This document shows, piece after piece, positions 1 to 10,600 of a stretch of DNA of 64,000 bases. Position 1 is the stretch's first letter. The number at the start of each line of letters is the position of its first letter. The notes beneath the pieces are model-generated. The model was not told the origin of the DNA. It did not search any database and saw only the letters and a list, made by a program, of their open reading frames with translations. The stretch is taken from the NCBI GenBank assembly GCA_965198325.1, contig CBDAPE010000011.1:47680-111679 (forward strand), in the 5' to 3' direction. The position numbers and the translations under genes are program-made. The DNA is from Alphaproteobacteria bacterium. Its GTDB lineage: Bacteria; Pseudomonadota; Alphaproteobacteria; UBA828; JAPUJA01.

Positions 1-1535
1 TTGCCCGCCTTGCCCATGCGGGCTTCGAGCAGGCGTCGCAGAGTGATGAAGGCCTCGGGCAGGTCCCAGCCCGCCAACGGCGCGGCCTGGTCGAGGGCGC
101 CGATCTTCTGCTCGATCAAGGGTAGGTAATGCAGCGGGTCGAAGATCAGGTCCTCGCTGTCGTAGGACCGGCGGTGCCGGGCAATCACCTCCGCGCCGCA
201 AGAGATAACGACCTCGTCGACGGAGCACCGGATCAGCACCTCGCGGTGGCCATAGGCCACGGGCACCGAGTAGTCGTTGCCCCGGCAGCGCACTAGCGAC
301 AGCGAGCTCACCCGTCCAGTGCGCTTGTCGCAGGCATCGTATGGTGCCGGGGGGAGAGGCAAGAAGGCTTCCCGGTCCCGTGCGAGGCGCTCGCCGATGG
401 TCTCCTTGTGACCCCGCAGCCGCGCCGCCTGGCGCCGGCGGCACTGTCCCGCGAGAGCATCGTTCAGCGCCTCGAAGCTCTCGGCCCGCGGGACGGGGAC
501 CCGGAAGGTCCGCCGGATGAAGCCGACCAGTCCCTCGACCTTGCCTTTGTCGTTGCCCTTGCCCGGCCGGCCGAACCTGTCCTCGAACAGATAGGGGGAT
601 TGAAGGTCCGTGAAGACGCGCGTTCGCTGCCGCTTGCCATCGCCCAGTATCCGGGCGACTGCCAGCTTGGTGTTGTCGTACAGGATGGATCGGGGGACGC
701 CGCCGAAGAACGCAACCGCCGCGTTGTGGCCAGCGCAGAACGCCTCGGTCGTCTCCGCCGGGTAGGCCTTCACGAAGCAGGCATCACTGTGGGGAAGATC
801 GAAGGCAAGGAAGTGGACCTTGCACGCCACGCCGCCGATCACCGCCATCGCCTCGCCGAAGTCCGCCTGGGCGGGGCCGGGGGAATGGACGAGCGGCACG
901 AACATCTCGCGCGACCGAAGCCGCCGCTCACGGACATAGTCCTTCACGATGGCTCGAACAGATGTAGCCGCCCGTAAAGCCGTACTCGTCCCGGAGACGG
1001 TCGAAGATCCGCTTCGCCGTGGGCCGTTGCTTGTGGTGGCTGGTCCGATCGTCTTCCAGAATCCGATCGATGATCCCCGTGAACGGACCCCGCTTCGGCC
1101 GCCGTGGACCGCCGGCTTGCCGCGGCGAGAACCCCGGCGGCACCGAGAACGACAGCATCTTGCGGACCGTCTTGCGGTCCAGCCCGAACACCCGCGAGGC
1201 CTCGCGGGTGCTCATTCCCTCGACACGACACGCCTCGCCGAAGTCCGCCTGGGCGCCGAATGGACGAGCGGCACGAACATCTCGCGCGACCGAAGCCGAT
1301 GGTGTAGCCGCCCGTAAAGCCGTACTCGTCCCGGAGACGGTCGAAGATCCGCTTCGCCGTGGGCCGTTGCTTGTGGTGGCTGGTCCGATCGTCTTCCAGA
1401 ATCCGATCGATGATACATCCCCCCGCCTTCCAGTCAGAGCAGCCCTGACAGAAGGCTATAGACGGTCCCATTTTGGTCCGCCACAGCCGGATCAACCGGC
1501 CGCTTCAGGGGGGGATTATTGCGCCGCCGTTCTCA
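1..1535 (-). mobile_element. istA: IS21-family insertion sequence remnant (istA pseudogene, scrambled; runs off the window start)
   Basis: Minus-strand translation gives IstA motifs: N-terminal HTH MSTREASRVFGLDRKTVRKMLSFSVPPG, HKQRPTAKRIFDRLRDEYGFTGGY, AQADFGEA, and C-terminal FDPLHYLPLIEQKIGALDQAAPLAGWDLP. The end begins TGAGAACGGCGGCGCAATAAT at 1535 with a related sub-terminal repeat GGCGGACCAAAAT near 1482. The reading frame is broken several times. Confidence 0.85.
963..1414. repeat. Internal direct repeats of istA: 963-1074 = 1303-1414 (112 bp); also 883-923 = 1258-1298 and 849-873 = 1231-1255
   Basis: Identical blocks read directly from the sequence. Confidence 0.9.
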
Positions 1536-1941
1536 AAGGATAAAGAACCACGTTTAGTGCTTCAGGATTGAGGTCGTACATCGCCCCCGTAAGAGGGTCG
1601 ACGATGAACCAACCCGGAAGCCCACCGAATGCCAAATTGCCTGCCAAATACCATGCACTGGCGCCACTTGAAATTACCGCGACTGTCGATTCATATCCCG
1701 GCTTGGAAAATTCCACCGTGTAGTCAATGCCACCGAAATATCCGCCATCTGATTTCCGTAGAGTGACAGATGCTGGAGTAGCTCCTTTTTGAATCGCCTG
1801 CCCGGTATCATCCTTGATAACGAAAACTGCATTGTCGGGCGAACTGCTGATCGCAACTAGTTCAGTCTTTTCACCGACGATAGTGGCGCAGCCCGTTACC
1901 GCGATAGCGAAGCCAATTATGAACGGGATCGACATATTTCG
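1516..1941 (-). CDS. Putative lipoprotein (PEGA-like), C-terminus replaced by the IS21 end
   Basis: Lipobox AVTG-C (GCATIVG); WYLAGNLAFGGLPGWFIVDPLTGAMY motif; visibly AT-richer than flanks; last codons and stop lie inside the IS end. Confidence 0.7.
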   Translation of the reverse strand, partial: RNMSIPFIIGFAIAVTGCATIVGEKTELVAISSSPDNAVFVIKDDTGQAIQKGATPASVTLRKSDGGYFGGIDYTVEFSKPGYESTVAVISSGASAWYLAGNLAFGGLPGWFIVDPLTGAMYDLNPEALNVVLYPLRTAAQ

Positions 1942-2216
1942 CATGACAAGCCCCCCCCCCAAGATCGGAATCCAATTCTTCTCGAAAAATATTTTCGGCT
2001 AAGATCCCCTTGAAAACGCCCAAATCCAAACAACCATACAATACCAATTATTTGAAGTGACTCTTTCTAAGGTAGATCTTGCCCGAATTATGACGGTCCC
2101 ACGCCCAGAAATCACGCCGCGCTGCCTGAGCCAATTTCGCCGCGCAAGAATGTTATGCGCTCAAGCGCCGCGCAGGCTGGTGAAATACGGCCGATTTCAC
2201 TTCATCGGATTACGTC

Positions 2217-2659
<443 letters not shown>

Positions 2660-2836
2660 GGCGATCCTCGTCGGTTGGGCCGGTTCGCCAGCCCGTGCGT
2701 CATAAATAGAGGATAAACCGTTTCGCCGTCCCAGGCGTGGGCCAACCCCGGCTTTCTATGATTGGGGCCAGCCGTCGATTTCTATGTCAGCCCGCCACCG
2801 CCCTGCGCCAATTCGGCGGGCGCGACAAACCCGGCT

Positions 2837-4615
2837 CTATCCCGTCACCGGAGCGACGTCATCGATCAGCAACTGGACCCGCTCGGAGCCCTGCCAGCGA
2901 TCGACGCGCAAGGCGCCCGCGAGATAGAGCGAATTGCCCTGGTTTGTGAGCAGCGCTTGGCCGACGGGCGTCTCCGCACTCCGAAAGGCGATGCTTTTGA
3001 GACGCCCGGTGCCGGTCACCGCGCCGAGGATGGCGCGGACATGATTCGCCCCGACAACATCGGCCTTGACGATCCGGGCGTTGGTAATCGCGAAACGGGG
3101 TTCTTTGTTGCCCATGCCGAAGGGACCAATCCGGCTTACCGTTTCGACCAGATCCAGGGTCGCCGCCTCGATGGAGAGCGCCCCATCGAGCCCGAGGCTG
3201 CGCACCGCGCCCTCTTCGGCAACCGCTTCGTTCAGCCGGTCCGCAAGAAACGCACCCAGCTCGTCGAGCCGGGCGGCTTCGAGCGAAAAGCCCGCGGCCA
3301 TGGGATGGCCGCCGCCGGCGGTCAGGATCCCAGCCTGGCGGGCCGCGATGATCGCAGCCCCCAGGTTGACGTCGGGGATCGAGCGGGCCGAGCCCTTGCC
3401 CTGGCCGTCCTCGAGAGCGATGACGGCAGCCGGCCGGTTGAAGCGGTCGGCGAGCCGGCTCGCGACGATGCCGATCACGCCCGCATGCCATCCCTCGCGC
3501 GCCACCAGGGTCATCGGCGCGTCGGAGGTCTCGCGCGCCCGCTCCGCCTGCTCGATCGCCTGCGCCAGCACTTCGGCCTCGATCGCCCGGCGTTCGTCGT
3601 TCAGTTCGTCGAGACGATGAGCGATGGTCAGCGCCTCTTCCCGGTCTTCGGTCGCAAGCAGGCGGGCGCCCAACGCCGACTCGCCGATCCGCCCGCCGGC
3701 GTTGACCCGGGGTCCCAGGATGAATCCTGCGTGATAGCTGGTCGGCGATCCGTCGATACTCGCGACGTCCGACAGCGCAGCCAGGCCCGCATTGGCCCGG
3801 CGGGCCATGATCTTCAGGCCCTGGGCCACGAAGGCGCGGTTCAGACCGGTCAGCGGAACCGCGTCGCATACCGTGCCGAGGGCCACGAGGTCGAGCCAGG
3901 CGAGAGGGTCGGGCTCGGGGCGGTCTTCGTACCAGCCCGCCTCGCGCAGACGACGGTTGACCGCGACGACCAGGAGAAAGGCGACGCCCACCGCGGCGAG
4001 ATGGCTGCACCCGCTTGTCTCGTCGAAGCGGTTCGGATTGACCAGGGCGAAGGTGACTGGCAGGCCGGCCTCGGCGACGTGGTGATCGACGACGATGACA
4101 TCGAGCCCGGCCTCGGCGGCCGCGGCGAGGGGCTCGAAGGCGGACGTGCCACAATCGACCGTCACCACGACGCCCGCGCCCGCGTCGCGCAAGCGCAGCA
4201 GCGCGGGCAGGTTCGGGCCGTAGCCTTCGGCTTTTCGATCGGGAATGTAGACCTCGAGATCCGAGCCGGCAGCACGGAAAAAACGGCGCAGCAGCGCCGC
4301 CGAGGTCGCGCCGTCGACATCGTAATCGCCGAACACAGCGATGCCTTCGCCCGCCATGACGGCGGCGGCCAGGCGGTCCGCCGCCTTGTCCATGTCGAGC
4401 AGATGAGAGGGGTCGGGAAGGGACGCGCGAATTTTGGGGTTGAGGAATTTTTCACCCTCGTCGAGCCCGACACCCCGGGCGGCGAGCACGCGCCCGACGA
4501 CCTCCGGCAGATCGAGCTGCTGGGAAAGTGCCAGGGCGGCGCGTTCGTCGGTCAGACGGGAACGCCAGAACCGCCCGCCGACGGAGCGGGATACGCCGAG
4601 AAATCCGTCTGCCAT
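2837..4615 (-). CDS. recJ: Single-stranded-DNA-specific exonuclease RecJ
   Basis: GDYDVDG, DCG, DHH, GTVCD, PRVNAGGR and GGGHPMAAG motifs. Confidence 0.97.
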   Translation of the reverse strand: MADGFLGVSRSVGGRFWRSRLTDERAALALSQQLDLPEVVGRVLAARGVGLDEGEKFLNPKIRASLPDPSHLLDMDKAADRLAAAVMAGEGIAVFGDYDVDGATSAALLRRFFRAAGSDLEVYIPDRKAEGYGPNLPALLRLRDAGAGVVVTVDCGTSAFEPLAAAAEAGLDVIVVDHHVAEAGLPVTFALVNPNRFDETSGCSHLAAVGVAFLLVVAVNRRLREAGWYEDRPEPDPLAWLDLVALGTVCDAVPLTGLNRAFVAQGLKIMARRANAGLAALSDVASIDGSPTSYHAGFILGPRVNAGGRIGESALGARLLATEDREEALTIAHRLDELNDERRAIEAEVLAQAIEQAERARETSDAPMTLVAREGWHAGVIGIVASRLADRFNRPAAVIALEDGQGKGSARSIPDVNLGAAIIAARQAGILTAGGGHPMAAGFSLEAARLDELGAFLADRLNEAVAEEGAVRSLGLDGALSIEAATLDLVETVSRIGPFGMGNKEPRFAITNARIVKADVVGANHVRAILGAVTGTGRLKSIAFRSAETPVGQALLTNQGNSLYLAGALRVDRWQGSERVQLLIDDVAPVTG

Positions 4616-4637
4616 CGGGCTGATTCTGCCGTCTCCT

Positions 4638-5600
4638 TCAGGCTTGGGACCAGTGCGCGAAGTTGTGCTCGGCCCGGATCTTGCGGAGTGTTACCGTGGC
4701 CGCGGACATGACGATCGAGTGGGTCGTCGCGCCGCCGTCTAGATGGGCAACACCGTCAAGCAGAGAGCCGGTCGTCACGCCGGTCGCGGCGAATACGACG
4801 TCGCCGTGGGCGAGCTCGTCCATGGTGTATTTTCGATTCAGATCGGTAATCCCGATCCGCCGCGCCCGGGCCGCCTCGTCGGCGTTACGAAACAGCAGGC
4901 GACCCATCATCTGGCCGCCGATGCTTTGCAGAGCGGCAGCCGCGAGGACGCCCTCCGGCGCGCCCCCGCTGCCCATATAGATGTCGACTTCGGGATTGAT
5001 CCGGGTGGTCGAAATGATGCCTGCCACATCGCCGTCGCCGATCAGATGGACCCGGGCACCCGCCTCGCGCACGGTCGCGATCAACTCGTCGTGGCGGGGC
5101 CGTTTGAGGATCAGGGCCGTCAGGTCGGAGACGGCACAACCCTTCGCCTGGGCCAAATTCCCGAGGTTGACGGCCGGCGGATCGTCCAGGTCGACAACAC
5201 CTTGGGGCAGGCCGTCGCCCACGGCGATCTTGTCCATGTAGACATCGGGGGCATGCAAAAAGCCGCCGTCCTCCGCAAACGCCAGAACCGCGAGTGCGCC
5301 GGGGCCACCGGTCGCGCAGATCGTCGTGCCCTCCAGAGGATCGAGCGCGATGTCGACCTTCGGGCCCTGGCCCGTGCCCACCGCCTCGCCAATGAACAGC
5401 ATGGGTGCCTCGTCGCGTTCGCCCTCGCCGATTACGACGCGGCCGGCGATCGGAAGCCCGTTCAGGCCTGTGCGCATCGCGTCGACCGCTGCCTGATCCG
5501 CTGCCGTTTCGTCTCCCCGGCCGATCCACGGCACACAGGCGAGTGCGGCGGCTTCTACGACGCGCACTGCGTCGAGTGCCAGATTGCGGTCCAAGGCCAT
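4638..5600 (-). CDS. glpX: Class II fructose-1,6-bisphosphatase
   Basis: VIGEGERDEAPML, DPLEGT, YMDK, GDGDV, GGAPEGVL; start at MALDRNL; hom-glpX-recJ synteny. Confidence 0.95.
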   Translation of the reverse strand: MALDRNLALDAVRVVEAAALACVPWIGRGDETAADQAAVDAMRTGLNGLPIAGRVVIGEGERDEAPMLFIGEAVGTGQGPKVDIALDPLEGTTICATGGPGALAVLAFAEDGGFLHAPDVYMDKIAVGDGLPQGVVDLDDPPAVNLGNLAQAKGCAVSDLTALILKRPRHDELIATVREAGARVHLIGDGDVAGIISTTRINPEVDIYMGSGGAPEGVLAAAALQSIGGQMMGRLLFRNADEAARARRIGITDLNRKYTMDELAHGDVVFAATGVTTGSLLDGVAHLDGGATTHSIVMSAATVTLRKIRAEHNFAHWSQA

Positions 5601-5617
5601 GTCTTTCCCCCTTGCCT

Positions 5618-6925
5618 CTACAGCGTTTCGATCCGGATCAAATGGGCCGGTTCGACGACGGATTCGAGCGCTTCGATCTTGCCGATGGCCTGTTGCATCG
5701 CCGCTTCGTCGGTATCGTGAGTCGTCATGACGACGGGCACGGGTTCGCCAGGCGCCCGGGCCCGCTGGATCACGGCATCGAGCGAAACGGCGTGATCGCG
5801 CAGGGCCGTGGAGACTTCGGCGATGACGCCCGGGCGATCGACCACCATGAGGCGCACGTAATAGGCTCCCCGACGGCACTCGATGGGCAGGGTCGGGACG
5901 CGTGCCAGTTTGCCGGCCGGCACAGAAAAGCAGGGCATACGGTTACCTCGGGCGATATCGACGATGTCCGCGACCACGGCGGACGCGGTGGGCCCGGAAC
6001 CCGCGCCGCGCCCCTCGAAGAGCGCCGTATCGACATACCGACCGTCGGCGACCACGGCGTTGAACACGTCGCCGACATGAGCGATCGGCCGGTCGAGCGG
6101 CACCATGCACGGATGAACCCTCTGCTCGACGCCGTCGTCGGTCAAACGGGTAATGCCGAGGAGCTTGATGCGGTAGCCGAGCTCGGCGGCAAAGGCCACG
6201 TCAGTGCCGCTAACACCCCGGATTCCCTCGATATACACGGACTCGAAATCGACCCGACAGCCGAACGCAAGACCGGTGAGGATGGCGAGCTTGTGGGCCG
6301 CGTCGACGCCGTCGACATCGAAACCGGGATCGGCTTCGGCATAACCCAGGCGCTGGGCTTCGGCCAGGACATCGTCGAACCGGCTTTCCTCACCCTTGAC
6401 AGCCGCCTCGTCCATCGCCGTCAATATATAGTTGCAGGTGCCGTTCAGGATTCCGTAGACCCGGCTGATCGGATTAGCCGCCAGCCCTTCGCGCAACGCC
6501 TTGACGATCGGCACACCACCCGCGACTGCCGCCTCGAAGGCCAGCGCACAGCCCTTCACTTCCGCAAGTTCGGCCAGGTCGTTGCCGTGATGGGCAATCA
6601 GGGCCTTGTTTGCCGTCACGACATGCTTGCCGGCTTCGAGCGCCTCCGCACAAAGCTCCCTTGCGATGCCCCCCTCGCCTCCGATCAGCTCGACAACGAG
6701 GTCGATCTCGGGATCGCGGGCCAGCGCAACGGGATCGTCGTTCCAGCGGATGCCCGCGAGGTCGAGGCCCCGCTCCCGGCCCGAATCGCGCGCCGAGACC
6801 GCACTGATCTCGAGTGCCCGGCCGCAACGTTCCGCGAGCAAGGGCGCCTGCTCATTGAGCAGCCCGACGACCCCGGCGCCGACCGTTCCGAGCCCGGCGA
6901 TTCCGACCCGGAGCGGGTCGTTCAC
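5618..6925 (-). CDS. hom: Homoserine dehydrogenase with C-terminal ACT domain
   Basis: GLGTVG, VTANK, EAAVAGGVP, GILNGTCNYIL, GYAEADP, DVDGVDAAHK. Confidence 0.97.
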   Translation of the reverse strand: MNDPLRVGIAGLGTVGAGVVGLLNEQAPLLAERCGRALEISAVSARDSGRERGLDLAGIRWNDDPVALARDPEIDLVVELIGGEGGIARELCAEALEAGKHVVTANKALIAHHGNDLAELAEVKGCALAFEAAVAGGVPIVKALREGLAANPISRVYGILNGTCNYILTAMDEAAVKGEESRFDDVLAEAQRLGYAEADPGFDVDGVDAAHKLAILTGLAFGCRVDFESVYIEGIRGVSGTDVAFAAELGYRIKLLGITRLTDDGVEQRVHPCMVPLDRPIAHVGDVFNAVVADGRYVDTALFEGRGAGSGPTASAVVADIVDIARGNRMPCFSVPAGKLARVPTLPIECRRGAYYVRLMVVDRPGVIAEVSTALRDHAVSLDAVIQRARAPGEPVPVVMTTHDTDEAAMQQAIGKIEALESVVEPAHLIRIETL

Positions 6926-7142
6926 GGCCGCAGACCCGAATTACATGAACGTTTATGGTTAAAGTTCAAAGAGGTCATTAAACAACTGTGTTATATCACT
7001 TTTTTTATCCGGAGACCCAAGCCATAACGATAGCCGGCCACCGCTTGCGTAGGTAACCCGATTCCGGCCCCGATCCGCCGGGGAGTCAAGGAGAAGTTCG
7101 GATTGTCGCGTCGGGTTCGCCGTTGCCCCGGATTGCCGGGAC

Positions 7143-8456
7143 CTAATATTCGATAAAGACCTCGGCCCGGCGGTTTTCGAGCTCGCCTGCGGGCATGTAT
7201 TCGTAGGTGACCGGCTTGTTGTCTCCTTCGGCGCTGATCAGGACGGCACTCGCGGGAATTCCCATGCGCATGAGCTCGTCGGCAACGATCTGGGCCCGGT
7301 CGGCAGAGAGCTGAAAATTCACGATCTGGTGCTGGCCGAGATCCATGTCGCGGGTCCGCATGCTGGCGTGACCGACAATCCGGACCTTGCCGCCATAGGC
7401 TTCGTGCAGAGCCACAACGTCCTTGAGCTGGGTCTTCGCATCGTTCGGCAACCAGGCCTGTCCGTTCTCGAAATAGATCACCGCAGCCTGGAACGACACC
7501 GCCGGCAAATACCGCTCGGGCCCGGCGTCCGACATCACGCCCGGCTCGCCAAGGACGACGCCCTCATAGGCCGCCGTCGACGTTGCAGCGTAAGTCGTCG
7601 CCCCGGTCGCATTGAAGACCTGGTCGAACATTTGCTTGAACGTGAAAACGTTGTAGACGCCATGATCGCCCGGCATCTGAATCGGTGCCTCGACAATCGT
7701 CGTCTGAGCGCCGGGTATGGGCTCGACCACCAGTCCCGGCGCTGGAGCGGGCACGCCCGGTAGCTCATCCAGTTCGCGGAGCAGCGCATCGCTATCAAGC
7801 TCGACGATCTCCAGACCTCCGCTTGCCGGCTGCGGCGGCACGTAGGGCGCGACCGGATCGAGCTCGACAATCGTGGGCGGCTGATATGGCTCCACCGGCG
7901 CTTCGTAGGCCGACGGGATATCGACGACCGTAATCCCGCCGCCCAGTGCACGCTCGGAGTCGTCGAGCAGGGCCGGTGCGGGCTCCGCGGCGGTTGGCTG
8001 TGCCGACTGGGCGAGTCCCGCCTCCTCCATGGGTTCGATCCGGATGACCTCGTCCGTATATTGCGCAGCCTCCCGATCGGAAATCAGCTCGGCCATCAGG
8101 GCGTCGAGATCATCCGCGGACGATGCCGGCGGAACTTCGTCGGGGACCGTCGCGAGATTGGGAAAATCGTCGCTGGCGCCAGGGATCGGTTCTTCGTAAG
8201 GGTCCGGAACGGAAGCGAGCTCGGCGTCGAATTCGTACTCGGTCGTGACCTCCGGCGCACCTAGCACCTCGGAGTCATCGTCCTCGAAGACGCTACTCAC
8301 GGCATCTTCCGTCTCGTTGTACCACTCGACGGGATTGGCCCAATCCGGGACTTCGGAGCAGGCGCCAATGAACAGCAGCCCGGCCAGGGTCAGGCCAGGC
8401 AGCATCCAGCGTAAGCGCGAGCTCGCCAGCCCGCCGGCTGTCATCCGTCGACCCAT
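7143..8456 (-). CDS. OmpA-family lipoprotein with long acidic N-terminal region
   Basis: Lipobox IGA-C; PDWANPVEWY; C-terminal OmpA domain (IVGHAS...NFQLSADRA...NRRAEVF); start uncertain. Confidence 0.8.
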   Translation of the reverse strand: MGRRMTAGGLASSRLRWMLPGLTLAGLLFIGACSEVPDWANPVEWYNETEDAVSSVFEDDDSEVLGAPEVTTEYEFDAELASVPDPYEEPIPGASDDFPNLATVPDEVPPASSADDLDALMAELISDREAAQYTDEVIRIEPMEEAGLAQSAQPTAAEPAPALLDDSERALGGGITVVDIPSAYEAPVEPYQPPTIVELDPVAPYVPPQPASGGLEIVELDSDALLRELDELPGVPAPAPGLVVEPIPGAQTTIVEAPIQMPGDHGVYNVFTFKQMFDQVFNATGATTYAATSTAAYEGVVLGEPGVMSDAGPERYLPAVSFQAAVIYFENGQAWLPNDAKTQLKDVVALHEAYGGKVRIVGHASMRTRDMDLGQHQIVNFQLSADRAQIVADELMRMGIPASAVLISAEGDNKPVTYEYMPAGELENRRAEVFIEY

Positions 8457-8640
8457 GACATCCCCTCCACAACCCCTTGCCGCAAGACGCAAATTCTCAC
8501 GCAGGTGCCGAAATTAAGCAATACATACAGAGTAATTTAAACCTTGCAAACCCGGGAGGCCCCGCAGCGACCAGGCCGGTTGAGGGAATTCCCGCCCAAA
8601 GGCGCGCCATTTCCCTCGACAAACACCATTCGATCCTATA

Positions 8641-8653
8641 TTGCACTGCAACA
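8641..8653 (+). promoter_or_regulatory. Candidate PhaR/AniA operator directly before phaC
   Basis: Palindrome TTGCA-C-TGCAA matches the TGC-N3-GCA type alphaproteobacterial PhaR motif; TATATT -10-like element at 8637-8642. Confidence 0.5.
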
Positions 8654-10446
8654 TGAGCGACCGAAATTCAGCCTCCGGCACGCTTGGAACCGTACCCCCG
8701 GAGCCGCTCGCCGACTTTGCCAAGGTCGCCGAACAGAGCCGCCGAATTCTGGTCGATTTCATGGACCGGCATACGGAGCGGGTGCGCCAAGGCGACCTCG
8801 ATCCATTCAATATCGGCAACGCCTTCTTCGAAATGACGGCGCAGATGATGGCTAACCCCGCCAAACTCGCCGAGGCCCAGATTTCGCTGTGGCGGGACTA
8901 CATGGCACTCTGGCAGCACACGGCCGACCGCATGATGGGCCGCGCAGGCGAGCCGGTTGCAGCCCCCGCGCCGGACGATCGCCGGTTCAAGGACTCCGAA
9001 TGGAACGAGAACCAGCTGTTCGACTTCATCAAGCAATCCTATCTGCTGAGCGCACGCTGGCTGCAGGCGACCGTCGAAGGCGTCGAGGGTCTCGATCCGG
9101 TTTCGCGCCGCAAGGTAGATTTCTACACCCGGCAGTTCGTCGATGCCATGGCGCCGACCAATTTCGCGCTGACCAATCCGGAAGTGTTCCGTGCAACCCG
9201 GGAAAGCAAGGGCGAAAACCTGGTCGGGGGCCTGCGTAACCTGCTCGACGACCTCGAACGAGGCGGCGGCGACGGCCCGGCGATCAAAATGATCGACGAA
9301 AACGCCTTCAAGATCGGCGAAAACATCGCGATCACCGCGGGCAAGGTGGTACAGCGGACCGATCTGGCCGAGCTGATCCAGTACAGCCCGACCACCGAGA
9401 CGGTTTATCGGCGCCCGTTGCTGATCGTGCCGCCCTGGATCAACAAATACTACATCCTCGATCTGAGGCCTGAGAACTCGTTCATCCGCTGGGCGGTCGC
9501 CCAGGGCTTTACGGTGTTCGTGATCTCCTGGATCAACCCGGACGAGACGCTGACGGACAAGGAATTCGTCGACTACATGGCCGAGGGGCCGCTCGCCGCG
9601 CTCGACGCCATCGAACAGGCGACCGGCGAGCGGGCGGTTAACGCCATCGGCTACTGCCTGGGCGGCACCCTGCTGGCAACCACGTTGGCCTATATGGCAG
9701 CTCGAAAAGACGACCGGATCAAGGCCGCGACGTTCTTTACCGCGTTGGTCGATTTTGCGGAGGCCGGAGACCTGCAGGTCTTCGTGGACGAGGAACAGGT
9801 CACCCAGCTCGAGGAGCGGATGGCGGAAAAAGGCTATCTCGACGCCGAGGCGATGGCCAAGACCTTCAACATGCTTCGTGCCAACGACCTGATCTGGTCC
9901 TTCGTGATCAACAACTACCTGCTGGGCCGCGATCCCCTGCCCTTCGACCTGCTCCACTGGAACAGCGACAGCACCCGCATGCCGGCGAAGATGCACAGCT
10001 TCTATTTGCGCAAGATGTATATCGACAACCTCCTGCGCACGCCGGGCGGTATCGAGCTCGACGGCACGCCCATCGACCTCGGCGGGGTTACGATTCCAAC
10101 CTACCTGCTGGCCGCCAAAGACGACCACATTGCGCCCTGGAAGGCGTGTTTCGCGGCCAATCACCTGTTCAAGGGTCCGAGCCGCTTCGTGCTGGCCGCG
10201 TCCGGCCATGTCGCCGGCGTAATCAATCCACCGGACAAGCAGAAATACGGCTACTGGACGAGCGACTCGAAGAGCCGCGATCCGGAAAAGTGGCTCGACG
10301 GTGCAACCGATTCTGCGGGCTCCTGGTGGCCGGACTGGGCGCGTTGGCTGGCCAGGCGCTCGGGCAAGAAGGTCGTGGCGCGCGTGCCGGGCGATGGTAA
10401 ACTCAAGGTGCTCGACGACGCCCCCGGTCGCTACATCCTGACATAG
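8653..10446 (+). CDS. phaC: Class I poly(3-hydroxyalkanoate) synthase
   Basis: PPWINKYYILDL, lipase box GYCLGG, DHIAPW, SGHVAG, GSWWPDW. Confidence 0.97.
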   Translation: MSDRNSASGTLGTVPPEPLADFAKVAEQSRRILVDFMDRHTERVRQGDLDPFNIGNAFFEMTAQMMANPAKLAEAQISLWRDYMALWQHTADRMMGRAGEPVAAPAPDDRRFKDSEWNENQLFDFIKQSYLLSARWLQATVEGVEGLDPVSRRKVDFYTRQFVDAMAPTNFALTNPEVFRATRESKGENLVGGLRNLLDDLERGGGDGPAIKMIDENAFKIGENIAITAGKVVQRTDLAELIQYSPTTETVYRRPLLIVPPWINKYYILDLRPENSFIRWAVAQGFTVFVISWINPDETLTDKEFVDYMAEGPLAALDAIEQATGERAVNAIGYCLGGTLLATTLAYMAARKDDRIKAATFFTALVDFAEAGDLQVFVDEEQVTQLEERMAEKGYLDAEAMAKTFNMLRANDLIWSFVINNYLLGRDPLPFDLLHWNSDSTRMPAKMHSFYLRKMYIDNLLRTPGGIELDGTPIDLGGVTIPTYLLAAKDDHIAPWKACFAANHLFKGPSRFVLAASGHVAGVINPPDKQKYGYWTSDSKSRDPEKWLDGATDSAGSWWPDWARWLARRSGKKVVARVPGDGKLKVLDDAPGRYILT

Positions 10447-10600
10447 AGATTATTTTCGTAAGGCTTTACGAATTTCAAAGCTAGACGAGGTTCGATCGCC
10501 ACGGAACTCTTGCCGCCCCCGGGCACCGCGCGAGCGGACTTGCGAACTCCAGGCGGGTCCACCTCTATGGATTTCCGTCCAAGGGCAGCTCAGACGACCT

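Noticed and set aside
849-1414. Direct repeats as a CRISPR array
   Set aside because: The repeats are unequal coding fragments of istA with no regular spacers and no cas genes
2762-4711. Long antisense ORFs (e.g. 649 aa opposite recJ, 540 aa opposite hom, 552 aa opposite metY, 635 aa opposite the GltD fusion)
   Set aside because: Shadow ORFs expected from high-GC codon bias; no recognisable motifs
10446-10600. ncRNA between phaC and the gamma-CA gene
   Set aside because: Only a weak TTCGTAA/TTACGAA hairpin; no recognisable RNA family; the adjacent part of the apparent gap is the gamma-CA C-terminus
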